Origin: the human T2T-CHM13v2.0 reference genome, Homo sapiens
Length of the DNA: 64,000 nucleotides
NCBI RefSeq assembly: GCF_009914755.1
Contig: NC_060935.1
Strand: one strand, 5' to 3'
Shown here: one piece after another, positions 40,470-55,359 of the stretch
Layout of the letters: every line of letters starts with the position of its first letter
Numbering within the stretch: position 1 is the stretch's first letter
Notes under the pieces: model-generated
Told to the model about the DNA's origin: nothing
Databases searched by the model: none
The model's input: only the letters and a program-made list of their open reading frames with translations
Translations under genes and position numbers: made by a program

Positions 40470-41140
40470 TCTGGCTGTTCGCAAATGCTCACAATCATAA
40501 TGTTCTCCTCACACTGTCCAACAGTTTCTGTTGTTTTGCTGATGGCTTCCTCCACTGTACTTGCAGTAAAATCTAAACACCTCATCAGGACCCACAAGGT
40601 TCTCCCTGATCAGGTACTTACAAGCTTTCTGACCTCAGCCCTGTCCTCTCCCCACCATCCACACGGTTGCAGGGACTTCTGCTTGCTCCTCAGACAAGCC
40701 ACACTCATTCCTTCACACAGGGCCTTCCCACTTGATGTTCCCTTCTCCTAGAACAGTCCCCCAGCATCCACACCCTGAGCTGTGTGCATGGCTGGTTCCT
40801 TCTCACCATTCAGGCCTCCGCTCATCTGTCACCTCCTCAGAGAATGCTCCCCACTCCAGTCACTCTCCAACACATCACTCTGTTGTATTTCCTTCATAGC
40901 ATTTAATCCCTATCTCAAGTGATCTGTTTTATTTACATGTTAAGTTGTTCAATGTCTCTCTCTCTCTTGCACTCAGATGTGACTTCCATGCAGCCAGGGC
41001 CCTTGCTATCTTTTCAGTGAAGTTTCCCCAGCACCAAGAACAGTTCTCAGCATGTAGTCGCATCTCAATGAACGATGAATGAATCAATGAATGCAAATGA
41101 ACAAATGAATGCAATGTTGAATGAATCAATGAATGCAAAA
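40470..41140 (+). mobile_element. L2a-like 3' region with (TGAA)n tail
   Basis: 'cagggccttcccacttgatgttcccttctcctagaac', 'ggctggttccttctcaccattcagg', ending in atgaatgaat repeats. Confidence 0.85.
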
Positions 41141-41279
41141 AAAAAAAATGCCATTGCATCTGCAACAAGATGGAAGCTCTGGGGCCACACAGGCTGGGGT
41201 TCTGAGATAGCTCCCCTTCAAACTGGCCATGGGATGTTGGACAAGTTACTTAACCTCTCTTCTTATCTTTAGTCAGTTC

Positions 41280-41634
41280 AGTTACAAACCTCAGAATGAT
41301 ATCAACGACATTGAACTTGATCTAGGCCCTGCGTTCCCGAAGGTTGACAAACCCCTCCAACCCTCTTGTGTTCCCCAAAATGGCTAAGCTGCGCTCCAAT
41401 ATTCCCAGAAAACACCCACCTCACCAGTCCTCAGCGACTCAGATAGGACCCTCCGCTACCTTTCTCATGACTCCCATAAGACTCACTGATGGGTCCCTTG
41501 CTTACCTGCCCCTATAAAATCCTGGGCCCCCTTCCTTCTCTTTTAGACACTCCTCATTAATGAGCACTCTCCCCATTGCAAATAGCCTTAATAAAATCAT
41601 CTTCTTAATTAACCGGTGCATTCTGTTTTTCACA
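41280..41634 (+). mobile_element. ERV1-class solo LTR (MER67/MER31-group-like)
   Basis: TATA 'cctataaaa' at about 41511, AATAAA at about 41590, terminal CA; splits a MIR; shares motifs with the LTR at 52615. Confidence 0.65.
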
Positions 41635-41878
41635 ATATTTTTCCCCTTGCAGACTTAATGTGAGGATTAAGTGAAATAACATGTGTGAAAATTGTATTGC
41701 AAAACACCTTCAATGTAATTTTCCCTCGATGGGATTTGAATGATCTCCAATGATTCTCTAGATTGAGGCAGAATATTGGTCCACTCACAGGTCACAGAAA
41801 AATTAACCACAAAACATAATCATGGTTACTCAGGACTCCAAACCCCATTACCTCTGCTCCCATGAAAAAGAGGAGAGG

Positions 41879-42214
<336 letters not shown>

Positions 42215-42369
42215 CTACCCTATTTTTATTACATATATATCCATATATATCTCTCTATGCATATATATATTTCCATGCATATGCTTCGTATATATCCATA
42301 TGATATGCATTAATATGTAAATAAAATACACAGTACCTACTATAATATTAGAAACTATTTTGGTGTCTC

Positions 42370-42550
42370 CCGCATATTGTGTGACAAGCACTATGTACTA
42401 GCTATTATTATTCCCATTTTTCGGGTGAGGAAACAGTCTTAGAGAAGGTAAGTGATTCATTTGTCCAATGTCACACCACTTATTAATGACAAAGCTGGAA
42501 TTTGAACCCAGGTCTAACTAACCCCAAAGCTCATGCCCTTTTCCTCTACT
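42370..42550 (-). mobile_element. MIR
   Basis: 'ttattcccatttttcgggtgaggaaacag...gctggaatttgaacccaggtct'. Confidence 0.85.
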
Positions 42551-43119
42551 ATCTTGCTAACTATCATTCATTTAACATGTATGTTAAGTGCTTTCTCCGG
42601 GCTTATCACAAAGAGGAAAAGGTTGTTTAGACAAATGTTGCCCTCAAAAAGCTGCCAGTCCACTTTCTGAGGCAAGACTGAGATCCTGGGGCCAATGAAG
42701 AGATCATACAAAACAGAGTTGACAAATAAGATCTTGAGGGAGAGGTTCATAGAAGGAAAAAATCAATGTGCACCAAGGAGGCTGGAGGTGCATGCACTGT
42801 TTTATGAGTGTGCTCAATAAACAGACTGGATGAATAAATGATTTAATTAACACCTAGGGATGAGATGAGATTTCATTTGGGCTTTAATTATGACTTGCCC
42901 CAACACCTCTAGTCCTTCCATTGTCATAGGAAGGTTGTGAAGGCTCATTCTGACCCCAGTGGGCTTCTCCCCTGCATAGCTCCCTCCTGCCACCACTCCC
43001 CAGAGGGCTGGGTTTGCATTCCTAGAGAAAAGACCTTCAGCTGGGAACCCTAATTCTTTCGCAGGTGGCACGGTGCCTTCCAGCTCCCCACGTGACTGTC
43101 TCCTAAGATCCTCCCTAAA

Positions 43120-43405
43120 AGCTGACGATGTTTAAGTTATGGAAATTAAGGAGCAGGCACATTCCTCAATTCCCGGCATGGCACAATGGCCATTAACCAA
43201 TTAATAACTGGGCATGTGCCAGCCAGTATCAGGGTAATTATTACATGGTAATTGCCATATCATTAGAGGGTAAATATAGGGTCGGACTGTCATCCACCCC
43301 GAAGAGGGCAACTGGGAATTCATTTTATTCCTATTAAGCATAATTACTCCCCAGTCTCTGGGAACCTGTGATTTCCAATATAATTATATAGTGTTTGCCA
43401 ACTCC
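43120..43405. promoter_or_regulatory. Candidate developmental enhancer
   Basis: TAATTA at 43235, 43341 and 43381; TAATTG at 43249; SOX-like ACAATG at 43183; repeat-free. Confidence 0.5.
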
Positions 43406-44109
43406 ATCCACAAGGGATGGGGTTCAAAAACAGACAGTGAGGGGCAGACTAGGGAGGTGTGGGGCAGGAGCTCAAAACTCACAGCAGCTTCGGGGTTTAG
43501 AAGCTAAATCTATTGGGCATATCCAAAGATAAAAGGGCCAAGTAAGGGAAAGAAAGAGAGAAGGTAGTTTCATCGAGATTTCATAGAATCCTCTTTTATG
43601 AACATCTAGAAAGGAAATTATACAGGCCTTCATTATCCAAAATCTCCCATAGATGGTATCATTCACTCGTTCATTTCATCCAAGGCAATGGCATGAGTAT
43701 TACCACATACCAGGCATTCTGCATAGCACTGGAGACAGAAAGGAAAATCAAACAGGGTGCCTGGTTTTTAAGAGTCCAGGTGGTTGCATGGAGCATGCCA
43801 TCTTCATCCCTCATTTTACAGATCGGGAAATTGAGGTTCCCTGGTTGGCTACCCTTGCTCATCTCTCTCCAAGAAATAGAACAAACAACCTAAAAAGCAG
43901 AAGGTCACCTACAACGCCAAAAGGCACCTTCTCACTTGTAGACCAAGAACCTTTAATGCTTGACAGGAAGCCTGCAGGTGTGACAATTGAGACATAAAGG
44001 TGATAAAGAACCCTAAGAGCTGCCAGATGAGAGCAATAGGAAGCAATGTTCCCAGCCATGGAAGATGTGAAGCTCTGACCCTGTGCAATCTGGGCCCTCC
44101 AGAGACACC

Positions 44110-44345
44110 ACTTTTCAAGCTAATGTGTAACAATGCCATATATCACCTTTAAAGAGAACTTGCCTCTAATAAACATTTACATCAAAAGTATTTTTCTATA
44201 AATCAAGTAACAAATCCCCGGCCTATCTGAGACATGCTCTGTATCTGGGAGCCTCACTATTAAATCAAGTATTGTAATTTGCTTCAGAATTGTTCTGCCA
44301 AAAGGTTGAAATACACAGACTCATAGCTCGTCAATCTCATGGGTT
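44110..44345. promoter_or_regulatory. Candidate enhancer with paired PBX-HOX-like sites
   Basis: TAAATCAAGTA at 44199 and 44261; AACAATG; TAAACA. Confidence 0.4.
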
Positions 44346-47300
44346 GGTGGGAAAGCCCTTTTGGTTTTCTCTTTATTATTCAAGCCTTCTTTCAGTTTCC
44401 CATCTGGCTACCCTGTAGTGCTCTCAGGCTCGAGGGCACTGGATTGGGGAGGATGGGTTGCTGGTTCAGCTAGCAGAAGAGGCAGGGGATTAACTAGATC
44501 AGAAGCCTTTGATTATCTTCCAGTGATGTAAAAAAAAGAAAGCATAACAACAACAAAAATAGTACACTAATAGCTACATTAATAAACCTATTACATGCTA
44601 GGCACTGAGGTGGTGCTAGGAAGAAAGAGGAGAACCAGATGGACAGGGGCCCTGCCTCCATGGAATTTACAATTCAGCGATTTACAAGAACATTTACATC
44701 TAGTGTCACATTTAATCCTCACAACCTGGTAGGATTAGCCCCATTCTGCTGATGAGGCTAAGTGAACCACTCAGCTTCCTACAGCTAGAAACAGGCAAGG
44801 CAAGGCTTTCTACCCAGATCTGTCTGGTTTCAAGCTCGTTCTATGCCCCAAATACCTTCCTGTGTACAAGAAAGCGTAGTTCTCAGAACACTAAAAAATC
44901 CTCTACTTCAATTCCCACGTGGCCCTGAGGTGTGACGTGTTGTCTCCTGTCCACCCAGCTTGCCAATAACTGCTCTTCAATTGTGTGTTTATTGTCTCTG
45001 TGGCACACTGTTACCATTGCAGTAAAATGTATACTCAATAATACAGTACTACTATGATTTTCAACTACTAATGGAATCACTATCTTTTTTTTTTTAAAGC
45101 CATGGCAATAAAATTGGCTCCAAACAATACTCTTGCAGTTTTTTTATGTCTTTCAAATTTACTGGAAACTGTAATAACAGAATGCCTGTAAACATGCAAA
45201 TGGCCTTCCTGGAAAAAGAGAGGCTTTGGTTTCTATCATAGGGGGGGCTCACAGATTGATAAGAGCTTAGAAAGAAGGGGCTGAGAACCCCTTGGAGGTC
45301 AAGAGGAGTCTGGGCCACATGAATCCAACCTTAGATGTTTGGTGATTCAAAGAGTGAAGAGCCATCCCTTCTCCATGCCAAGAGCACCCAAGAAGGACTG
45401 TGGTAAAGAGAAGAGAAGTTGAGGAAGAGCTGGATATACCAGGAGTTCTGGATGGCCCTCTTATGGGAAGAGGGTATGATCAATGTGTGCCACACTCTGG
45501 TTTCTAGTCCAGGGTTTAGGGCCAAATTGGAGGGCAAAGGTAGACAAAAGGAGAAACAGACACTAACCAAAAAGATAGTCCTAATCTTGAACCCTCTCTG
45601 AAATTAAGACCACCTGAAATATGAGTCTCAGAAGATGTCCTCCCCAGGGATCTCAATCTGTGGCTCTAAACTTTGGCCCAGAATGGTCACCATTTCCTTA
45701 GGTTAAGACACAACTCCAGAAGGGCCATGCCAAATTCCAAGTACATTATAGTTAGTATGACATAGTCCCATTCTGGTAGCGTTTAGTTTATAAATCTTTC
45801 TCCGAGAGCAGCACTCTCATGGAAGAAGACTCCAGATAAAGAAAATTTGATGGGGGTTTGGAGGGTGAGATAACCTAGAAGTTTCAGAGAACAAAGGAGA
45901 GAAGCAGGTCTGGCTGGACCCCCATAATGAGAGAGGAGAAAGCCTGGACAAAAGATCAGTGGGAGGAAAGAAAGAGGGATAAGTTCAAGAAAGCGGTGGA
46001 GGGAGGAGAAAGAAGGAATCTTATTTCACCAAAGACAAAGTCCCTAAACACAGGAGTGGGAGAGCAAGTAGAGGCAGGACCTGCTGGAGTATACTTGGTT
46101 GCGGGGGCCACGATAGGCCTTGATGCTTAACTGGAGAGCCTGGAATGGAAAGCAGGGAAGCATCAAAAGCCAAAGCTTCAGGGAGATACCCAAAGAAAAG
46201 AACCACAAGGAAGAGAGTGCTTTGAAAAGGAATTTGCCCAGGAGACCAGAAAGGCATGAGAACTAAGTAGCCCAAACATCAGGGCATAAGGAATAAGTCA
46301 GCCAGCCTGACTAATGTACTCGTCTGAGTCACATCAAATTAAGTGACCAGGCTGTGATTATGGAGCTTGCCAACAGGTACATATTCTACACTCAGAACTT
46401 CCTCACATGACAACTGATGGATCTGGCTCAGGAAGCATGGATGCTTTCCTAGGAGATGAGACTAAGTACTCATGAAAGTGGGCAGAAGTTTCCCCCATGG
46501 GGATCCTTAGCCTGTTTCATCACCTGAAGTGGCACAGAAATGAGTGCAAAGGAAGAAGCTGAAGGCCTGGAGATCTGTTTTCCCAAGCAGGCCCATGTGC
46601 AATGCATGCTCCCGACCCCTCCCCACTCCTGGCTACCCTCAGTTTGTCCACATTATCTGCACCCTCACCCCCATCCCAGCCCTCAAATTATCCAAATCTA
46701 CTCTCATTTTACCAACAACACCCAAGCCTGACTCTGCTCATCCCCACCATGGGGCTTCAGATGTCAGGGAATAGTCCAGTCCCAGAGCCTGCTTCAAGGA
46801 CCCTCAGGAGCCCGGCTGAGCTGGGCCAGGACCCAGCGGTGCACACACCATCTCCTGTGACCCCTACATTGGAGGATATCCAGTTTGATCAAGCAGCGAC
46901 TGACATTTGAAGAGCAAGAGGGCCAGGCTGGAAGCCACTGGATAGGCAACTTCAGAGAAAAGAAGCAGACACAGCAGGAGCTGAGTGATAGACAGAAATG
47001 ATTTGGTGCCCAGTCTGCTGCAGGCTTCCAATGAAAAGAAGGTGAGGCCGCCTGGGAGGCAGGCAGGTGCTATGGGGGACAGGTCTGGGTACACACTTGC
47101 ATCTGCTACAGATTGATTCATGTAAGCGATCGCCGAGTCTCTGCAACTCCATGTGGAAAATAATCTATGGCCAGTTTCTAAGAGCACCTCCCTTTCCCCA
47201 CCATTCAGCACATTTCTAGGGCTCTCTCCAGACGATCCAAGTCCCCACCAGGATTGCCGACCCAACTTCTCTGCCTCTTCAAATTCTTTCCACTCTTAAA

Positions 47301-47545
47301 AGCCTAGCCCAAGTCCCCACCTACCATGAAGCCTTCTCTAAAGACCCCAGCCCAGGAGGAGCAGCCCCTCCTGACCTGTAAGACTCATGTTGCCTGTCTC
47401 CATCCATGGCTTTGTCATGGGCCCCCCTGTCTAAAGCTGGTTCACTTTTCCTGTATCACAAATAGAGTGTAAGCTCTTTACAGTCAAGGAAGACCCTGTC
47501 ATATACTGTTCTAGTGTCCTTTACAGCCTCCTGTAAGCAAGTGCT

Positions 47546-48351
<806 letters not shown>

Positions 48352-48419
48352 ATGCTCAATAAAAACTTCTTTATGAATCAGTATCAATAAGAACAGTGAT
48401 CTCTTACAGGCTTTTATTG

Positions 48420-48815
48420 AGAAAGAGCTGATAACAGTTCAAGTTCTGGCTCTTTTCTTCTTTGTGAGCTCAGGCAATTTATTTAGTTTTTCTATGCCTC
48501 TTTTCTCACAGGTACAGTGCAGAAATTGAGCCCTACCTCATGGTGTTTTAAACCCAACGAAATAATGTATGTTAAAGGTTTCACATGACCATGGGCACAG
48601 AACAGGTGCTCAGGCAGTGCCAGCCTCATCCTACCCACCAAGTTTATTCAGTGCTTTCTGTTTGACAAAACTCTTCCCCGTATGTCATCTTAGATGAGCC
48701 TTGCGACAACCCGCTGGGGTATATTCTATTAGTATGCCCGTTTTACAGGTGAAGAAACTGAGGTCTGGGAGTTCATGTAACTCTAGCCCAAAACGACCCC
48801 ATTAGTGAATCCCAG
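48420..48815. mobile_element. Two MIRs in opposite orientation
   Basis: Plus-strand core at about 48420-48620; minus-strand core 'ttttacaggtgaagaaactgagg' at about 48640-48815. Confidence 0.65.
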
Positions 48816-48826
48816 AAACAGCCTTC

Positions 48827-49164
<338 letters not shown>

Positions 49165-50736
49165 TAGTCCATATGACTTCAAAGTTCAGGCTGCCTGGCC
49201 AGGACCATGTGGCATCAAAGCAGTGCCCAGAAGTGATGCCTGTGAAGATGCTGTCTTAAGTCTTAGGTAGAATAACAGGAACTTGCTAGGGGCAAGCCCC
49301 AAAATTCAACTAACGGGGTTATAATAAATAGATGAGCACAGAGACGCAGGGGCTGTGGGTGGGAGCAGCCTTCTCACACTGACCACCACCCTGGTGCAAC
49401 AAGGGTACACAGCTAGCAGGACCAAGCTGTGGCCAGCATCCTGCATGAGGGAGCACAGTTGATTGTGCCTTAGTCAGGATGCTGAGGAAGAGGAATTCAG
49501 CTGCAGGCAGTCTCCATGGCAATGGTAATGGAGAAGGGATGCAGCCAGCTCTTCCTGGCCCAGCCCTTCTGCTAGGGACAGAAAAACAAGCTCTCCCAGG
49601 TGCTTCCTGACCAGTAACATCTAAAGTCTAAGCCCTCCTTATAGCTGCTCCATCACAAGACTGGGGTGGGGGGCGTGGCGGGAGGACAAAGTAACTGAGG
49701 GAATTTCAGGAGAGCCGAGAAAGCCTCCATGGCCCCAAATGTCTCCCCCACCATTATGAATGCCATCTGGAGATATTCAACCTAAGGCTTCAAGGAGCTG
49801 GGGGAGGGAGGGGGCATGGAGGGAAAGGTTCCTTGATGGTCACCAGCTGTGTGTCAAGCATTGCATTACATCCTTCAGGTCCACCTCCTTTGATCCACAC
49901 GATATCCTTCATGAGGAAGATATCAGCATCCGCATTATATGGACAAAGACAGCAGAGACTCAGAGAAATGAAGCACGCACCAGTGCTTAGTCAAGTCAAA
50001 ATGTGAGCACAGACCTGTCTGATTCAAAATATGTGACTTTGAAGGGGTAACATATCCACATTTTATCACGAAAACCTTTGGGGGTTGGGGCTCATAACTG
50101 CTAGTTGAGAGAAAGGCTGAGGACATGGAATAAAACCTGGGGCAGGGCCAGGCCACAGGGAGAGTCTTGGGAATTTTTAGGGATGAGCCCCAAATTTCAA
50201 CGAAGGGGGTCAGAATTTAACGTGTCCTCCTCCTCCCTCACACCCTTTCTGTCAGGAATACGACAGGCTGGAGGAGGAAGGTGAAAGGTGTGGTTTAGAA
50301 AGACTGTGGTATACATGTTTGGCACCCACTTCGAGAGGGCAGATGGGTGGGGTGGGTGAGAGAGGGCCTGTCCTCCTTCCCTGCCACAGCCAGAGAGAGA
50401 CCGTTCCCCACGACTGCACACTTGTATTAAAAAGAATCCGGGAAATAATTACTGGATGGAGAGGATTTATTAAATTGGATAAGTCCTGGATACAGCCTTC
50501 TTTTTAGGGTTTGAGTGGTTTGTGTATTTTTTTCACTAAGGCTGCATAATAAAATAATGGCATAATTAGTGAGGAATTTGTTACCTTTCAAGGAAGAGTC
50601 TTTAATTCCTCTGAAGAACAGCTCTCCTCCCCCAGGCTCCATCTCTGCGATGGTACGAGGAGGAAATAAGGGGAGAAAGGAGGGCTGCCCTACCCATCAA
50701 CAGTTCCTAGAGGTGGGAATTACAGGTCGCCACCCC

Positions 50737-50996
50737 ACAGGCTGGAGTGCAGTGGTGTGCTCTTGGCTCACTGCAACCTCCACCTCCTGAGTTCAAGCAA
50801 TTCTCCTGCCTCGGCCTCCTGAGTAGCTGGGACTACAGGCACATGCCACCACACCCTGGCTAATTTTTGCATTTTTAGTAGAGATGGGGTTTCACCGCGT
50901 TGGCCAGGCTGGTCTTGAACTGCTGACCTCAGGTGATCCTCCCGCCTCGGCCTCCCAAAGTGCTGGGATTACAGACATGAGCCACCACACCTGGCC
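50737..50996 (-). mobile_element. AluS lacking its 3' end and tail
   Basis: Begins at 'caggctggagtgcagtgg' with no poly(T). Confidence 0.9.
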
Positions 50997-51799
50997 CGTC
51001 CACCTTTCTTGGACTCACATTGGCCTCTGCCAGTGTTTCCAAAATGTGTGGTTCTCAAACAGCCTCATCAGAATCTAGGTAAAATGCAGATAACTGGGAT
51101 CCATTCCTACATAATCCAGGAGGACAGTGGATATGCAGGCATCCACATCCGGCACACTGAGCGATTGTTACTCCTGCTAAAGCTTGATAACCACTGGTTC
51201 ACCCAGGAACTCTGTGGGGGTAGGCGGGGTGTCAGGAAAGGGAGGACTTGGTGCTCATGGGAGAGGAGGAGAGTCGTGTGCCCCCTTTGTTCCCTCTATA
51301 ACATGAACAGTTAGGAAGATCCTTGTTTAGTATCAAGCCTGGCTACCATCCCTTCTCCTATTTGTTCCTCACTTTTCCCATCTGCATAATAGGAGATTGT
51401 GCTAGATATTCTAAGTTCCCTCCCGTTCAGCCCTGAGATTCTTTGCTTCAATGACCCATTATCAACCAACTCCTTATCATCTATTATCCCTCCCAAGTTC
51501 AGGCAGAAGTGACCCTGTGATGGTGATGAAAGAAACGGAAAGTCAGGACAGGTTAATTCTGAAAAGGACTCTCCTTCTCAATTCTAAAAGTTAAAGCTCT
51601 GGTCCCTAGTCAAACACAAATATCCCTGGGCAGGGTGACAGTTTAGGCTGCTGACAGGTTCTTTATTCTTGACAGCAGATTTTAATAGGAGGAAAAGAAT
51701 GGAGAGAAAGATGTTAAGACTGTTTAGATATGAAAGAGGTAAGAGGATGAAGAACTATATAAGTGCTCTGGGAGCCCAGAGTCTGAATTCCAGGCCGAA

Positions 51800-52600
51800 T
51801 GTAACAGTGAGAGAACTCTAACATAGTTGACTCCATCTTGCTTCTAACCTCACGGGTTGTCTTCGCTCCTTTCTGCTGGTAGTCAGAAATGGGAGGAATT
51901 TACTCTATAGTTTAACTTTAAAGCAAGGATGATAATAGTTCTTTCCTAAAACTAACCCCCAAAGAGATAAGAAGTGCATACACGCAAGTAATAATGTTAT
52001 GCTAAAGATTTACAGGCGAGGCCGGGCAGGTGCAGTGGCTCACGCCTGTAATCCTAGCACTTTGGGAGGCTGAAGTACGAGGATTGCTTGAATCCAGGAG
52101 TTAAGACCAGCCTGGACAACATGGTAAGACCCCATCTCTACATAAAAATACAAAAAATTAACCAGGCATGGTGGCGCACACCTGTAGTGCCAGCTACTCA
52201 GGAGGCTGAGATGGGAGAATTGCTTGAGACCAGGAGGTGGAAGTTGCAGTGAGCCTGGGTGACAGAGTGAGACCCTGTCTCAAAAATAAATAAATAAATA
52301 AAAAGATTTATAGGAGCACTGTGACCTGACCAAGGACAAAGAAGTGATGCAACCCCCTTGGACTCCTGTTGATGCCCAGATGTCTGTGGTCACCTGTCAC
52401 CTCCTGACCTCTAACCCTCCTTGCTCCCCCTTCCCAATATGAAAAAAAGCTCAATATCTATGCCTTTCAAGATGGTTCTTCAGGGCATTATTCCACCATC
52501 TTCTTGGCTTGCTGGCTCTCTGAGATAAAGTCACTTTCTTGCCCCAGCACCTTGTCTCGTGACTTACTGACCGCCATGAGGTGAGCTTTGGACTCAGCTA
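51800..52600 (+). mobile_element. ERV1-class LTR (LTR8/MER4-group-like) containing an Alu
   Basis: 'gactccatcttgcttctaacctc', 'tttaactttaaagcaaggatgataatag'; 3' end '...actttcttgccccagcaccttgtctc'. Confidence 0.7.
52020..52302 (+). mobile_element. AluJ with a right-arm deletion
   Basis: TSD AAAGATTTACAGG / AAAGATTTATAGG; (TAAA)n tail. Confidence 0.92.
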
Positions 52601-52614
52601 CCCTAACACTGCCA

Positions 52615-53235
52615 TGTGTAACTGCATGATGACAATGTTGACTTTTATCTGAGCCCTGTAATCCTAGAAAACAGTGAAGGTTAAGAAATCCACTCAACTT
52701 TTTATTCTGGAAAACAGTGTACCTATAAAAACAAAAACACTTTCCATATGACTTAGATAGGACTCACAGATGCGTGCCCCACCTCCCACCACCGTCTTGT
52801 TTACTTATGTCAAGGCCAGACACAGACCCTCCCCAGTCTCTTTCTTTGCCGCATAAATGATTAATTGAATGCTTGTCCCCACTGACTAATAAGAACAAAA
52901 TGCTTGTTAACCAAACTCTGGTTAAACTTCTCTCCTTCCTCCAGGTTCTGAACTCTGGCTCGCCCTCAGCCTGAGCCGCAAAATAGTCTGGCCTCGGAGA
53001 AACAGTCTTCAGTTTCCTATAGGATCGTGCCACCCATTCATCCCCCTTCTCATTCATTCTTGCCTGTTTACTCCTCTCTATGAAAGAAAACCCCTGTTTG
53101 CCTAACTCTTGGGGATGCCTGCAGATCTTGGGGTCAGAGAAGCTCCCTGCTGCAATAATCGCTTTCCCCACTCTGCAATAATCCTTTTAAATAAAATCTT
53201 TCCTTACTAAGTCCAGATTTCTTTTTTATTTGACA
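52615..53235 (+). mobile_element. ERV1-class solo LTR (MER67/MER31-group-like)
   Basis: 'ttatctgagccctgtaatcctagaaaacag' ... 'aataaaatctttccttactaagtccagatttcttttttatttgaca'. Confidence 0.7.
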
Positions 53236-55359
53236 ATGACCACAGGCAAGTGATTTCACTGCAGTTTCCTCCATCTGTAAAGTAAGAAAAATATGTTGCA
53301 AAATTCTAAAATCAAAGACACGAAAGTGCTCTTTCAGCCACAAGAAAATAAAATATAGTTCTAGAGGGTGCTCAAGTCTTCAGCCTTCAATTTCCCTCTA
53401 TAAATGTATTTCAGGGCCCACCATTGCCTGACCATTCTCTGTCCTCAGGCCCCAAACCCTCCCAGGCCCACAGGCCATCCCAGGCTCCCACCCAAGCCTC
53501 CTGGGCCACTTCAGCTTCAAACAGTCTCAATCCAGAAAGCCACCACTCCCTTCCCCAGGCACATCCACCCTTCATTCATCACTGTCACATCCCACAGAGG
53601 GCTTTTATTTAACAACCAATTTATTTCCAGTTTAACTAATCTGGGGATGGGGCATCTCTCTCTCTCACGCAAACCAACAACACCTGGGTTGTAAATAGAC
53701 TTACAAACCAGTGTGTGCTGGATAATATAAACTCTCATCACAGCAACATCAGGAGAGAGGGGAGGGGAGGGAAGAGGGGTCATGAGACTGCAGGGTGATA
53801 AAATATGCAAGCCCCCAAGAAAAACAACCCCTGCAGCCCTCCCTTCTGCCCCTACGCTCAGCTCTGCTTAAAATTATTTATTTATTTATCTCTCTGATTC
53901 CCTGGCTCACCTTGAGCCCAAGACAAAAGCTTCATAAACAATGTATGACATGCTAACCCCTGGTTGGGTAGGAACCTGCAGGTGGTTGGGGAGGTGGCCA
54001 TCATCTGGCCCCAGGCCAGGTTCCCCTCCCTCATCCTGCCTGGGGAAGAGTCTGGTTGCAAAGCCAGCTTGTGCTTGGGTGGAACAATGGCCCCCAGAAG
54101 GGAAATCTTGCTCTGTGAAAGGGAAAGCTAATCAGCAGTCTACAAGGCCCAGCCTACCCAAGGAGAACCTATGGATCCACTGGAGATAACAGAGACAGGA
54201 AGGGCTTTGTTTACATGGCTAGTAGGGCTCAAGGCACCAGTCAGGCTGGGTGGGCTGAAGTGTGTACCCAACAGGCCTGGAGTCTCCCTGAGTATCTTTG
54301 CTCCCCAGCCCTCCACCTTCCTCCAGATTCTCAAGCTGTACACATACCCAATAGTCTCCTCCAGGGCTGGGGCCCTATACAGAGGAATAGGGGAATAATC
54401 ATTGGTTTAGGAAATTGAGTTTTAGACAGAAAGGAGCTTACTTACTGGCTGGGTGACCTTTTCAGGAAGTCCTCCTACCTCCCACTCAGCTCCCTTTCTT
54501 GCAAAGGAAGGTCTTGAACTAGGTGACTCTTGCAATCCCTTCCAGCTACAACCTCTTAGAAGTGAAGTCACAGAAAGGGCGACTTGGCTACTCAGAGAGA
54601 TTTATCCTCTCCCTGGCTGTACACCGAGGCCTGCCAACACGACTTTAAATTACACCTCCTAAACTCTGCCTCACTTGGCACTTTCTCGGGCTACCTTAGA
54701 GGGTAGAGCAAGCTTATGTTAAACAAACACACTTGGTTATTAGAAACATATTTATAGTGGTTGCGTAGCTCTGGATGGAGGCAGAGCCATTCCCAGGCGG
54801 GGCTCCAGGGAGGATCATGCCTGCTGTGCGCTCTTCCCAGCCCCCAGGACCAGGACAGGAGCCCCCGCACCCAAATCAATCACACTGCTGTTTCTCCTCT
54901 CTGCGACTACCATAATTCCAGGCCTATATCATGCTCCTGGTGTCAGGGGGGAAACCAACTTTCAGGTCTGCTAATTCCACTTGGAAGGATGATGTATGTG
55001 GGAATGCTCTTTAGTTGGATATTCAACTCAATCCTAAACCAATTTCAAGAGGGAGTGTTTATGAGAGCCAAGGGCATCTCTTTTAGAGCTGGCTTCAGGA
55101 TCCTTGTTTCTGTTAGAGATACGGGATGTAGGGGGAACCCTCCATCACAAGAGCAGGGAAAGGCCCCCAGAATAAGAGAGGAGGGAGACAGGGCCCGCCC
55201 AGCAGAGCCATAATTATCTGAGGAGGAAGCTGAGAAAAGAAAGGAGAAAGAAGGAATAATCCCTTCATGCTGCGCCTCCTCTCCCCACATCCCAGCGTTA
55301 CATGGCTGGATTCCTCTAGTGGCCAGAAATATTTAATCGAATACTTTTGTTTGGATCTT

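Noticed and set aside
41076-41139. Repeated TGAATGAATCAATGAATGCAAA
   Set aside because: Ordinary expansion of the L2 (TGAA)n tail
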